Shown: piece by piece, positions 1 through 14,093 of the stretch
Layout: each line of letters opens with the position of its first letter
How positions within the stretch are numbered: position 1 is the stretch's first letter
NCBI GenBank assembly: GCA_048213135.1
Contig: PS015032.1
Location: 35,838 to 81,553 of the forward strand
Direction of reading: 5' to 3'
DNA length: 45,716 nucleotides
DNA from: Reclinomonas americana ATCC 50394
Taxonomy: Eukaryota
Translations under genes and position numbers: made by a program
The notes under the pieces: generated by a model
Seen by the model: the letters and a program-made list of their open reading frames with translations, nothing else
What the model was told of the DNA's origin: nothing
Database searches by the model: none

Positions 1-262
1 GGGGGAAGAGCAAGGAGGGAGAAGCAAGAGGGGGGAGAGCAAGGGGGGAGAGCAAGGGGGATGAGAGGGGGGATGAGAAGGAAGAAGAGGAAGGGGGATG
101 AGAAGGGGAAGAGAAGGGAAGGGAGAAGAGCAAGGGAGAGAGAAGCGGGAGAGAAGGGGGAGGAGAAGCGAGATGAGAAGGGAGAAGAGCAAGGGGGAAG
201 AGCAAGGGGGAAGAGCAAGGGGGAAGAGCAAGGGGGAAGAGCAAAGGGGAAGAGCAAGGGAA
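1..262. repeat. Purine-rich minisatellite (about 13-bp GGGGGAAGAGCAA units)
   Basis: Repeated GGGGGAAGAGCAA units are directly visible. Confidence 0.85.
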
Positions 263-504
263 AGAATGGGAGAATCAACAACAGGCGTCAATGGAAAGAC
301 AGCAAACTCAGAGCACATGCGGCCAAGGAACCGAAAAAACACAAAGAGTGCGTACAGGAGGCGAATCACACGACAGAAGAGAGCACGTAGCAGAAACCGA
401 GGGGCGACAATGGAGGTAGCAGATTATCGAGCAAGACGAAACGCATGACACGGAGAGAGTGCGATCAGAGTGCAACGGAGTGAGCGACTGCAGAAAGCAC
501 TCAC

Positions 505-2497
<1,993 letters not shown>

Positions 2498-2572
2498 CTG
2501 TGTGAGGGAGTGGGAGAGTGAGAAGTGTGGGAATGTGAGTGGAAAGGCGGGAAAAGAGAACGTGAGGAAAGG

Positions 2573-2683
2573 TGTGTGAAAGAGTGTGCAAGTGTGTGCG
2601 TGAAAGAGTGTGTGTGAGTGTGTGTGTGTGTGTGTGTGAATGAGTGTGTGAAAGAGTGTGCAAGAGTGTGTACAAGAGTGTGC

Positions 2684-2719
<36 letters not shown>

Positions 2720-2942
2720 GTGTGTGAATGAGTGTGTGAAAGAGTGTGCAAGAGTGTGTACAAAAGTGTGTGTGTGAGTGAGTGTGTGTGAGTAAGTGTG
2801 TGAGAGTGAGTGCAAGTGTGTGTGTATGTGAATGAGTGTGTGAAAGAGTGTGCAAGAGTGTGTGAGAGAGTGTGTGTGCAAGAGTGTGAAAGAGTGTGCA
2901 ACAGTGTGTGAAAGAGTGTGCAAGAGTGTGTGAAAGAGTGTG

Positions 2943-2986
<44 letters not shown>
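2573..2986. repeat. TG-rich compound minisatellite (TGTGTGAAAGAGTGTGCAAGAG-like) plus (AG)n
   Basis: Directly visible repeated units. Confidence 0.9.
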
Positions 2987-2989
<3 letters not shown>

Positions 2990-3013
2990 TAGANNNNNNN
3001 NNNNNNNNNNNNN

Positions 3014-6000
3014 AGCTGTTGAAGCTGTGTCGCGCGACTGACCGCAAGCACTTGCTGCGTTCGGCGCAGGCGTTGGAGACGTATGCGGGCGATGGTGAGC
3101 GGAGAGATCAATGCGTGTCTCTCGGGAACATTATTAATGCGTTTCGAACATCCTCGCTGTTGCCTCGTATCATCTCCTCTCTCTCTCTCGTTTCTCGTGC
3201 CTCTTATCACAACAGCACCCTCGCCCTCGCTGCTTCGCCGCTTACTCGTCTTATCCTCTCTGACTCAGCGCGCTCACTCGCTCACTGCACTTTCGATCAC
3301 CTTCGCCTTGCTTCACATTACTATCTCTTGCATCCTCTCCCGGTTCAGCGCTCACTCGCTCGCTGCACGACTCCGATCACCACAGCACACTGAATTACTT
3401 TCGGCCTTGTTGCTTCACCGCTTGTTCGCTTCCGAGCCTCTTTTTTGTTGCTTCAAAGCACTATTCTTTTGTTGCTCGCATCCTCTCCCGGTTCAGCGCT
3501 CACTCGCTTTGCTGCACAATTCCAATCGGCACTCTTGATCACTATTGCCCTTGTTGCTTCACTATTTACTCGCCTGGGACTCCGAGCCTCTTTCTTGTTG
3601 CTTCATATATCACTGTTCTTTTGTCACTCGCATCCTCTCCTGCCTCAGCGCGCACTCGCTTGCTGCACGCCTCCAGTCACCACCATTCTAGTTTTCTAAT
3701 GCATCCCATACTCGCCATGGACCCGGAGCCTCTCTCTTGTTGTTTCATATCGCTGCTCCCTTCGTCGAAACTCTCGCGTCCTCTCTTCTCCCTCTCTCGG
3801 CTCCCTATAGCCGCCGTTTTAGCACTCCTGAGTGTCTTCTACTCTTTCTGCTGCATACCTTACTCGCCGCATCCTGTTGCCTAACAACGGTTTCGCTCTC
3901 GCTTCGTCCTACTCTCCATCGCAGTTGTTGGTCATCTCACACCCTTTCCTGCTTCTCCCTCCCTCCCTCTCCCTCCTCTACAGAGTCCGTTGTGCAGTAC
4001 CTTCTCGAAGACAGCTCCTGCCTGCAGCTGCTGGCCGACTTGGTGGACAGCGCCACCGATCCTCGCGTGCATTCATGCATTGGCAATGCCTGCAAGAAGC
4101 TGTTGATGGTGCGCACGCAGCCCCAGCTTCTTGCTCGTTGTCTGTCATGTTGCTGACACGTGTTTGCAGGCGGTGCCGGCCGACAAGATCGACAATCTCA
4201 TCTTTCCCGGTCTCTTTGGCACGCTGATCCGCTTGGCATCCAAGGAGGTGGTTAGCACCGCCACACTGGCCTTGGAGCTGGCCAATTCGATCCTGGATCG
4301 TGCGACCGACAAGAGTTGCGTCCGTGAGAGTGTGAGAGAGTGAGAGAGTGTGGAATGAGCTGACTTGTTCCGCTGCAGATCGCGCCGTCAAGGCATTGCT
4401 GACGTCACATCCGAATCCAATGGCCGTGTTGTGCGACTGCCTGCCGCGCACAGAACGTCTCGCGCGCACCGTGTTGCCGGCGCTGCGCATACTGTACATT
4501 ACGCTGACCAATGAGCAGGTGTGTGTCGGGAATGGAATCTGGGCAAAGGGATCCTCTTTTGTGATGCTTGTGACGAAGATGTTTCAAGCTCTTGCTTGCT
4601 GGATATCTTTCTCATCTTCACGCCATCTTGCAGTTCTGACTTTCAGTATTCCCTTTCGTTTTCCTTTGTCCGCGCGCAGGCTCTCCTCAGTCTCCATGCC
4701 ACTCGTCCTCGCCGATTCCCTTCCTCCCCTTCCCTCTTTAAGTTCTTCTCCAGATCACCCCTAATCATCTTTACTACTCCGAGTTCTCGCTCTCTCCCCT
4801 GCATCACTCTTCTTTTCACTTTGTATGTTTCCTCCCTCCCATCGCCTCTCTCCCACCTCCTCCTTCCATTCGCTCCGTCCTCTCCACCCACCGTCTTCAT
4901 CAGTAACTATATCAAGTATTCAATCTCCTTGTTCGCTACCTTTCGTGTCCCCACCTACTCTGATTCCTTCATGTCAACCCTCTCCTGTACCACATTTTTC
5001 TTCACTCTCATCGTCCTCCTCATCATTCCGAGTTCTCGATCTCCCCGCTTTCTCCTTTTCCTTGATGTCTCGATTCTCTTCCTCTCTCCCACTTCCTCCT
5101 TCCATTCGCTCCGTCCTCTCCACCCATCCTTTTCATTCCAATTTTTTTCGATCTCCTTGTTCGCTGCCTTTCCTGCCCTTGCCCCTCGCCCTGTCTCTTG
5201 CTCGCCTACTCCGTTTTCACCTTACTATTCCGAGATTTCGATCCTTCCCTCTCGCCCAGTCATATTTCCTCGCCGGCTCGGTTCTCTTACTCCTATCCCA
5301 TTCCCTCTCTCTCTCTCCTTCGTGTCCTCTCTCTGCATCACTTCTTGTTCTTTCTCTGAGTCTCCTCACTTTTTCCTTGATGTCTCCATTCTCCTTTTCC
5401 CCTCAACCCTTCTCCTCTTCACCCTCAGGCCCGCATGTCCTTCTTCGCCGCCGACGGCGCCACCAAGCTCGTCTCCCTCCAATGCCCATTCACCGAGGAG
5501 ATGACCATGGACGGCATCCTCAACGTGCTGCTCCTGCTGTCGGGCACCGACGCCGTGGCACAGCGCACCATGGGCAGCCACCCACAAGTGCTGACGTTCC
5601 TGATTGACATTTTCACGCAAGAGTCGCTGCCGCGGACTCGTGTGTCGACCGATTCGTCCCTGTCGTCGTCGTCGGTGCGCCATGTCCACGCAGATGATTA
5701 CTAAGTGTGTCGCTGTGTCTTACGTCTCTCTCTCTCTCTTTCTCTCTCTCTCCCTCTGTGTGTGTGCGTGCGTGTGACAGTCCACGGGCTCGCTGAGTTC
5801 GCGCACCACGAGTAGCGTGAAGCCGCTGTTCCTCTGCCAGGTGTCACACAAGGCGGGACTCATCCTCGCCAACATTTTGCGTGAGAGTTGCGTGCGCTCG
5901 GTGGATGCACTGCACAATATCCAGCTGTGCTCATTTTTGTGCGACAGCCGACATTATCTTTCCGATCGTGCGCAAGCACGGACCGAGTCTGTTCCGTCTC

Positions 6001-9000
6001 TTTTTGTGTTCGCGGGAGGAGCAATGCCGTGCACTCGGATTGCAGGTGTGCATCCTCCGCATGAGCTCTTGTCGGTGCCACACTCTGATGGGTTGCGCAG
6101 GGCTGGCGAATTTTGTACGAAATGTGGATGGAGGAGTACATTCATCAGTGCGCGGCACTGAAACGAGATCATAGCCTCTCCAACACGCACCACGCGAGGC
6201 TCCCGAGTGAAGGTCTGTGTAGAGCCACGCAATCAAAGAAGAGCTGCCTTCTTCTCATTCACTGCTGTGCAGCCGAGCGTATGGTCCACGATCTGGTGGT
6301 CGACGGGGGAGTAATGGCGCTGCTGCACGTTCTAGTCGGCTCGCCGGGCTCTGCATCGGAGCAGGAGCGTGCAATTTTGACGTTGAAGAATCTGGCCACG
6401 AATCGTTGCGTGATCGGCGGGTTCCTCCTATTCTCTCATTGCTCACCACGATTGCTGCGCAGGAGAGATTCAGGCCGAGTTGACAACAAAGGCCGCCTCC
6501 GATGCCCTCTCGTACCTGCTGCGCAATGGCGATGAGTTGTTGAAGCTGGCGGTGGCGGACATTATCGCGACAGTCACGCGCAATGGTGCGTCTTGTCCAT
6601 TCATTGCTGACGATGTTGTCTGTCTTCTTCTTCCACTCTTTCTCCTTCTCCGCACCCTGTCTCCTTCTTGTTAGCTGTGCTCATTCACTTCCTTCTCGTC
6701 GCCTCAATAGACGAGCTCGGCCGACAATCCGTCGCCGCCAAGTTTGGTGAATTCGGCTGGTATCTCGTGCAGTCCGTGGATACGGAGCTTGTTGTGCGCG
6801 GTCTCGAGATCTTGCGCAACCTGTCCATACTGCTACATCACAATCGAGGTGAGCATGTGTGCTCAAATGTGTGAGCTCTGTCGTTTAGTCTCACACTAGC
6901 ACCAACGACAGAGTGGGGCGAGTATGATGCGCAAGGCTCGTCGTCGGATGAGCACACCGACGGTTTCGTTGAACGCTGTGAGGTGGTTCTCCTGTGACGG
7001 TGATGCTTACTGTGCTTTTCGTTCTTCAGAGGCCGGCCAAGGCACATGCCCCGCCGACATTCTCACACGCGCGGAGGTTACAAGGACATTGATTCGAGCC
7101 GGCCGCACCATTCACACGGATCAGCGTGTGCAGAGTCACGTGGCGCGGTGTTTCGCGAATATTACGACTGATGGTGAGCGGAATGGGAGGGAAGGAAGAG
7201 GGAAAAGGGAAGAAGGAAAGGATAGGGAGAGAGAAGAGAAATAGTGGAATTGTCGGTAGATTTTGGAGGGAGAGAGGAGTGTGCTTCGTTGGGGAAATAA
7301 GCGGCTGGTGCGAGACAGGAGTGGGTGAGTGAGCGGACAGGATGTGCTTTCGTGAGCAAACCAGTGACGGGTGAGAGTAACGAGTCATGAGCGATAATGG
7401 AGGAGACTTGTGAGCATGTGCATGAGCGAATACAGGGAGAGGTGAACGGTGTATGTGTGAGGTAGCAGTGACCGGTGAGGAGTAACGAGAGAGTGGGTGA
7501 GTGAATCGTTGTGGGTTAGAGTAACGAGAGTGGGTGAGAAGGCAGATAAGATATTTGAGTGACAGAGAGAGAGCGAGAGAGAGAATCGGCGGCGGGTGAG
7601 AGGAATGAGAATGAGTGCATGAAGAGAGATTGGGGAAGGGTACGTGTGTAGCGTATACAGCAGTGAAAGCAGCGGTGTGTTAGAAGAACGAAAGGAGAGA
7701 AGAGCTTGGTCGGTCATTCAGCGGTCTGTGTGTGTGAGAGAGAAAGAGAGTGAGAAAATCAGTGGCGGGTGAGAGGAACGACAGCGGTGGGCGAGAAATG
7801 AGAGCTGCAGAAAAAAAGAGAAGAACTTTTGCTGCGAAACGGTGATCTCACTTCCCCCCCCCCCTTCCCATCCCTTCCCCCCTTCCCCCCTTCCCCCCTC
7901 ATCTCCCCCCTCCCCCCTCCAGTGCTCGACTCCCGCCTGATGAACCAGCTGGCGGAGGACGGCCTGCTGGACTTCCTCATCGAGGCCGCCCTGCTGTACC
8001 AGGAGAATCCCTCTGTGCGACTCGACTTTCGCTTCGACATTATGCGCACGCTCAACCAGTTGTCCACTGACGGTGTGTGCAGCAGATGATGAGATGCGCT
8101 GTTGTTCTCGCCTTTGTCTCACCGCGTTCCCTGTAGAGTCTATCGTCATGCAACTGATCGAAAAGAACGTGGTGGAGGTGTTGCGAAATGTCGTGCAATA
8201 TAGCGACTCCACTGCGCTGGCACAGGCTGCGTCTTGTGTGGAGCGCATGACGGAGCACGGTTGCGTCTCTTGTCCTTCCACCTCTTCCTTCTCCGTGCAT
8301 CAACTGAATATTCTGCGTCGGCCAGCTTCGTGTCGCGGACCCATGCTCGAGCACGGCGCCTTGGAGGCGCTGGGAGTCATGGCGTCGGCCACACAGGCCG
8401 ATATTCAGCGAAATGTCGCGAAGGCGCTCAATGCGCTCTCCGTGTGCGGTGCGTCGAGAGTCCTTGGTGTGGAGGGTGAATCGAGTCACTGACAGTTGAC
8501 TTGCATCACAGGAGAGCACTATGTAAACTACTTTATCACAGACCGCGCTCTGGAGGCACTGGTGCAGCTCGGCCACAGTGCGGAGGATAGTGTTCGCACG
8601 CATGCCGCGGTGGTCTTTTCCAATATTTCGTACCTCTGCAAAGGTACGTCGCTTTGTCTCCGATGTGAGCGAGTCATTTCGCTCACTCATTTCTTCTACG
8701 TGCAGCGAATGCCAAGTGGCGCATTGCCAACATTGCGTTGGAGACGCTGGTCGAGCTGGCCCAGTCGCAGCAGAATCCCACGACGGCGCGTTTTGCAGTC
8801 AAGGCACTGGCCAATCTGACCATGGGTGAGTCCATAGAGGGAAAGGCAGTCGCATTCTGTTGGTCTCTCTGTTGCTTTCACATGCAGTCCATCAGCGTGT
8901 CCACCTATCTTCGCTCTCTTTCTGTATGTCTCCATTCTGTGTGCCTGCCACTGTGTATCTTGCGTCCTGNNNNNNNNNNNNNNNNNNNNNNNNNNNNNNN

Positions 9001-12000
9001 NNNNNNNNNNNNNNNNNNNNNNNNNNNNNNNNNNNNNNNNNNNNNNNNNNNNNNNNNNNNNNNNNNNNNNNNNNNNNNNNNNNNNNNNNNNNNNNNNNNN
9101 NNNNNNNNNNNNNNNNNNNNNNNNNNNNNNNNNNNNNNNNNNNNNNNNNNNNNNNNNNNNNNNNNNNNNNNNNNNNNNNNNNNNNNNNNNNNNNNNNNNN
9201 NNNNNNNNNNNNNNNNNNNNNNNNNNNNNNNNNNNNNNTCCTCCTCCTCCTCCTCCTCCTCCTCCTCCTCCTCCTCCTCCTCCTCCTCCTCCTCCTCCTC
9301 CTCCTCCTCCTCCTCCTCCTCCTCCTCCTCCTCCTCCTCCTCCTCCTCCTCCTCCTCCTCCTCCTCCTCCTCCTCCTCCTCCTCCTCCTCCTCCTCCTCC
9401 TCCTCCTCCTCCTCCTCCTCCTCTCTCTCCCTCTCCCTCTCCCTCTCCCTCTCCCTCCCTTTGCCCGCCATTTTTCCTCACAAATCCTCTCTCCTCCTCC
9501 CTCGGCAGGCCACGGCGACGAAACCAAGATCCGCGTGAAATGCAGCTACGCTGGCCACACCACCATGATGCTCTTGCATCGCAACATTACCTACAGCGAG
9601 CTGATGCACACGATGATCCAGCAGTGCGTTGCCACACTTCTCGCCCGTCCCAGCCATGTCCTTTGTTCCAAACCTCCCCTTTTCCCTTCCTGCCACAGCT
9701 ACGGCTTCGACGACTGGCGGGTGTTTTACTTGGACCTCGACTACCGCGAGTGCCCCATCACCAACGACGACGAAGTGCAGGACTGCATCTTCTACATGGA
9801 CCGCAACGGTCTGGCCAGCATGCGGCTGAATCTGAAAAAGTCGGATGGCATGGGTATCATTCGCTCGCCTGGGGTGAGTCTCCTTGTTGTGAGGGACCCA
9901 TCGCAGCTTTTTATTCACACGCTCCTGCCTGCAGACTTCACATCATCGCTCTCCACTGGCTCCGCACGCCAAGCCGCCGCCCAAGACTTTCCGATGGAAG
10001 CAAAGTTGTGGCCGCGAGCAATTCGTACCGCCTTGCTGCTTTCTGCTGACACCTGCTCGTGCAGTTCAAATGATCGGGCAAGGCGCCTTTGGTCGTGTCT
10101 TCCTAGCACTGAACGAGGACACTGGTGGCTTCATGGCGGTAAAGCAGCTCACGCTGAACAATCTCAAAAATCGGGCGGTTCGTATGTCGCCTCCCCGCGG
10201 TTATTTTATTGTGTGTGTCGCTCACTGACGGCGCACGCGCAGGATGTGCACGTGCTGCAACGCGAAATCAAACTCATGAAGCGACTGGATCACCCGAATG
10301 TCGTGCGCTACCTGGGTACGGAGCGCCGTGGCGATGTGCTCAACATTTTCATGGAGCGCGTTCCCGGTACGTTTCGCCAGTGCACGAGCGGAGCGACAGC
10401 ACCTATTGATCTCACTGTTGTTTGCATAGGTGGTTCTATTCAGGCTCTGTTGAAGCGCACTGGACCATTCGAGGAGAATGTGATTCGCTTGTACATGCGC
10501 CAGATCCTGCAGGGGTTGAAGGTGTGTGGTCCGAGTTTTCGCTTGCGTGTCGCTCTGAGAAGCTCACGATGGCCGCAGTATCTGCACGACAACAATATCA
10601 TCCATCGAGGTAACTCTCGTTCCCATTCTTGCTCCTCACTCAATCCGCTCCTCACCTCATCGTCAACCCTCACGCAGACATCAAGGGTGGCAACGTGCTT
10701 CTCGCCGACGACGGTCGTGCCAAGGTGGAGATTGTGTTCAGATGTGATCAATTGTGGTTGGTTATTGACACTCGTGTGCAGCTGGCCGATTTCGGAGCCT
10801 CCAAGTACATTCGACCTCCGCCTTCGTCGCACCCGCGAGGTATGTCACGCTCCCACTCACTTCCCCAACAGCACTGTCCCTCTCCTCACACCACCCGACC
10901 ACCGACAGCTTCGGCGTCGGCGACAAATCATGACAGTAGCGCCGGCGGTGGCAACGATGACGACAGTGATTTCATTGACCTGTTGCGCACGTCATCACTG
11001 GAGGCTGAGAGTGGCGTGAACTCGGCCACGGAGAGCCCAGTCGGCACGCCACGCCGTCAGTCGCCCACTCGCAATCGTGGAGGAGCGGGTGCTGGTGTGT
11101 CAATTGCTCTGCGCTCCCTCTCTCTTCTCTCTCTCTCTCCGCTCTCGTCCTCCCTCCTCTCTCTCTCTCCCTCTCTCCCTCTCCCTCTCTCTCCCTCCCT
11201 CTCTCTCCCTCTCTCTCTCTCTCATCTCATCTCACCGTCACATGGCAGGTCACACCAGCGAGGGCAACACCAGTCACTCGTTTGTCGGCACGATTGAATT
11301 CATGAGCCCAGAACTGATTCGGCAAGAGTACAATGACACGTGCGTTTTTGCGCATGTCACACCCTCCCTTGTCGCTCATCCTCCTCCACTGACACCTCTG
11401 CTGTGCGCAGCACTCCCGACATTTGGTCGTGTGGCATTCTGTTTTACGAAATGGCGCACGGACACCCGCCTTTCCAGCAGTTCTCCAACGACTTCACCAA
11501 GACGTTCATCATTGCCTCCAACTCCATGCCGGAGCTGACGCTGCCGGCGAACATGTCGAGCGAGGCCCACGACTTTTTCCGCAAGTGCCTCACGCGCGAT
11601 CCACGTGCGCGTCCCACAGCGGGCATGTTGCTCCAGCATCCGTTTGTGCAGGTCGACGAAGATCGCGCCCTGCAGCGGTTCGTATGTCAGTCACCACGCC
11701 ATTGTGTGATGAGACGAGAGTACTGACTGCGAGCGCGTCATTGCAGGGTGCGTGAGAGTGAGAATATTGGTCGCGCGCTGCAGGAGACTCGGCGCACGAA
11801 CCTGAAGGAGATGACAGAACTCACTGGTGTGATCCCATGAGTCTTGCTCGCATCATCGTTGCACTCTCCTTTTCTAATCTCCGTCTCTTTTCGCAGAGGA
11901 TCCCGACTTCCACACTCTGCTGGAAGAGGCGACAGACCGTGCCTTCACTGACATGGAGGCGGCCACAGCGTCTGACGATGAGGATGCCGATGACCTGTGC

Positions 12001-13966
12001 TCCGACGACATGAGTGTGGCCGCGATGAGCGTTGCTTACTCTGCCGATATTGCTGATGCGGTGTTCCCGGTGGTGGTTGGTCCGCGCTCCGGCACCGCCA
12101 CGCCCGACGTGTCCTCGCGGCCGCACACGCCGCTGCACGCCTCAGCGACACAGTCTCGCGCGTTGAATGAGGTCGCTGCTGCTCAAGAGCGCAAAAGGGT
12201 GAGCCAGGCAACACTCGTTCACTTTTCTTTCCCCTTGCTCACCGTTTCCTGCAGGCATCGTCAACCATTGGCTCCTCTCACATGTCGGCCTTCTCGCTGA
12301 CAGAAGAGTCGCCGCTGTCGCTGATGGAGTCATCATTGCCTCTGCCGGGCCGGCATCGTGCGGTTACCACCGTGAATGGCATCCCGCAGGGTCAGTTCTC
12401 GGACGACGGCAAGGCCAGCGAGTCGCCCGTGGAGCGTCTCTCCGACAGTCAGTATGCGGAAAGCCTGGGGTGAGTTGTAGTGAGAACGCTGCTCTTCTCC
12501 CGCCCGTATGCTTCTCACCACCCTCTGCTCAGTTCACCCGACCTGGAATCCAATCCGGACTTCCCACTGCCTCTCCGCCTGCCGCCCGACATGCTGCCGC
12601 CACTGATGGACGGACAGCTGCCGGCGGCCATGATGGACTCGACACAGTCGATGATGAGTTCCGGCTCCAGCTCGTCGTCGTCGGTGGTGTCGCCAGGTGT
12701 GGTTGCCGTGGCGCCGTTGCGTGGTCTGACCACGGGCACGGCTCTCGACGACGCACCGCTGCTGCTGCGCATGGGTCTGCAGGCGGCCTCGTTGCAACAG
12801 TCGCGGCTGGAGATTCGTGTTCCGCAACGCAGCATGCAAGCGCCTCACACAAATCGCCGTCGGTCGCTCTCCACGCAGCGCATGATGCCGTCGTCGCACA
12901 ATTTCGCGCACTCGAATACCGGTGGTGCGTTACTCTGTCACACACACAGAGCCAGCATTGGCGACTTGAAACACAACCTGTTGACCTCCGTTGTTGTTTT
13001 TCTGTAGGTACGCCCGGTGTCGAAGGTCTGCTTGCTCACCACCCCATGGCTCCATCGGTGACCAGCGCGCGGCAGAGTCGACGCAGCTCCGGCACGGCGA
13101 GTTTGGTGCTGCCGCACAGCCAGGTGTCACGCGGCTCGCAGTTGCGACACGGACTCGCCGGCAAGGTCGGTGTGTTGCCGCGCGCGCCTGCAGCCACCAG
13201 TGCACCGGCTCCGGGGGTCAGCACCGGCGGCAGTCCTCACATGCACGCCTCGCCACCAAGTCACGGCTCAGAGGAGCGACGGCGGTTGCGCCCCAGCGGC
13301 AATAGCACCGATGATTTGTCCCGCGCGGGAGGTAACCTTGTGACACTTCCATAACTTGTTTTGTGTGATTGTTGGTCTGAACTGTGCCACAGACATTTTG
13401 CATCTGGACGTGCCGCGCGGCAAGCGGAGTGAATTCACGGGTTCGTTCACCGACGACGCCTCGTCCTATGTTCTCACGATTGGGAGTCTCGATGGAGAGG
13501 ACACGACGGTTTGCATGTCGATTGCGTGACTGTCGTGGTGTGAATCACTGACCTGGCTTTTTTTCTTGTCCAACAGGATGAGGCCACGACTCCGCAGGAT
13601 ACGCAGGGTCCCTCGTTTGCGGGTGCTGAAGACGGCGAGCGTGAACCGACCACCGGCACAGCCACTGGCTCAGGCACTGGTACCGGCACGGATAGTGACG
13701 GCTCGTTGGATTACAAGCGCCGCAATCGCACGCCGCCGACGAGCCAGGGGACCGCAGCTGCGGATGGGATGACGGTTCCAGTGCTCAAGGAGGCCACGGG
13801 CGTGGTGGATGTCGTTGAGGAGGAGGATGAGGAGGAGGAGTTGGATGAGGAAGAAGAGGAGGAGAGTGAGAAGGATGAGGTGGAGGTCCATGTGGAGGTG
13901 ACGGGTGTGGGTGACGATGATGGCGACGGCAATGTGCAGATACCAGCCGCCGTTGAATCATGTTGA
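3014..13966 (+). CDS. ARM-repeat + PB1 + STE11/MEKK-like Ser/Thr kinase (MAP3K-like) with long low-complexity tail; 5' end in gap
   Basis: The spliced product has ARM-like repeats (GGVMALLHVL...AILTLKNLATN; GALEALGVMA...VAKALNALS; ALEALVQLG...AAVVFSNIS; LETLVELA...AVKALANLT). A PB1-like domain follows (IRVKCSYAG...WRVFYLDLDYRECPITNDDEVQ, 9509-9873). Kinase motifs are IGQGAFGRVFLA, MAVKQL, EIKLMKRLDHPNVVRYLG, IFMERVPGGSI, HRDIKGGNVL, DFG, GTIEFMSPE and DIWSCG. Stop TGA ends at 13966. Confidence 0.9.
9239..9421. repeat. (TCC)n microsatellite, intronic
   Basis: Pure trinucleotide run before the acceptor at 9508. Confidence 0.95.
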
Positions 13967-14093
13967 TTTTTTCTAGTGCCACTGTTTTTTTTCTTTCTGT
14001 TGTTTGTTTGTTTTCATGTTAATAATGCTCTGTGTGTCGTTTAATGAAATTGTTGTTCCTGCTTGTGTTAGTTTGTGTGCAGCACTGGCTGCC

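Noticed and set aside
4315-5893. Further GTTGCGT donors at 4315 and 5887
   Set aside because: Same-phase GTGAGA alternatives exist at 4324 and 5881, so they were not counted.
7174-7922. Purine-rich 5' and pyrimidine-rich 3' intron ends as pairing structures that aid splicing
   Set aside because: The pattern is inconsistent across long introns and is explained adequately by polypyrimidine tracts plus satellite expansion.
8860-11019. 719-aa ORF as a single CDS
   Set aside because: It reads through Ns, a (TCC)n tract and several introns; the kinase motifs switch frame at GT-AG boundaries.
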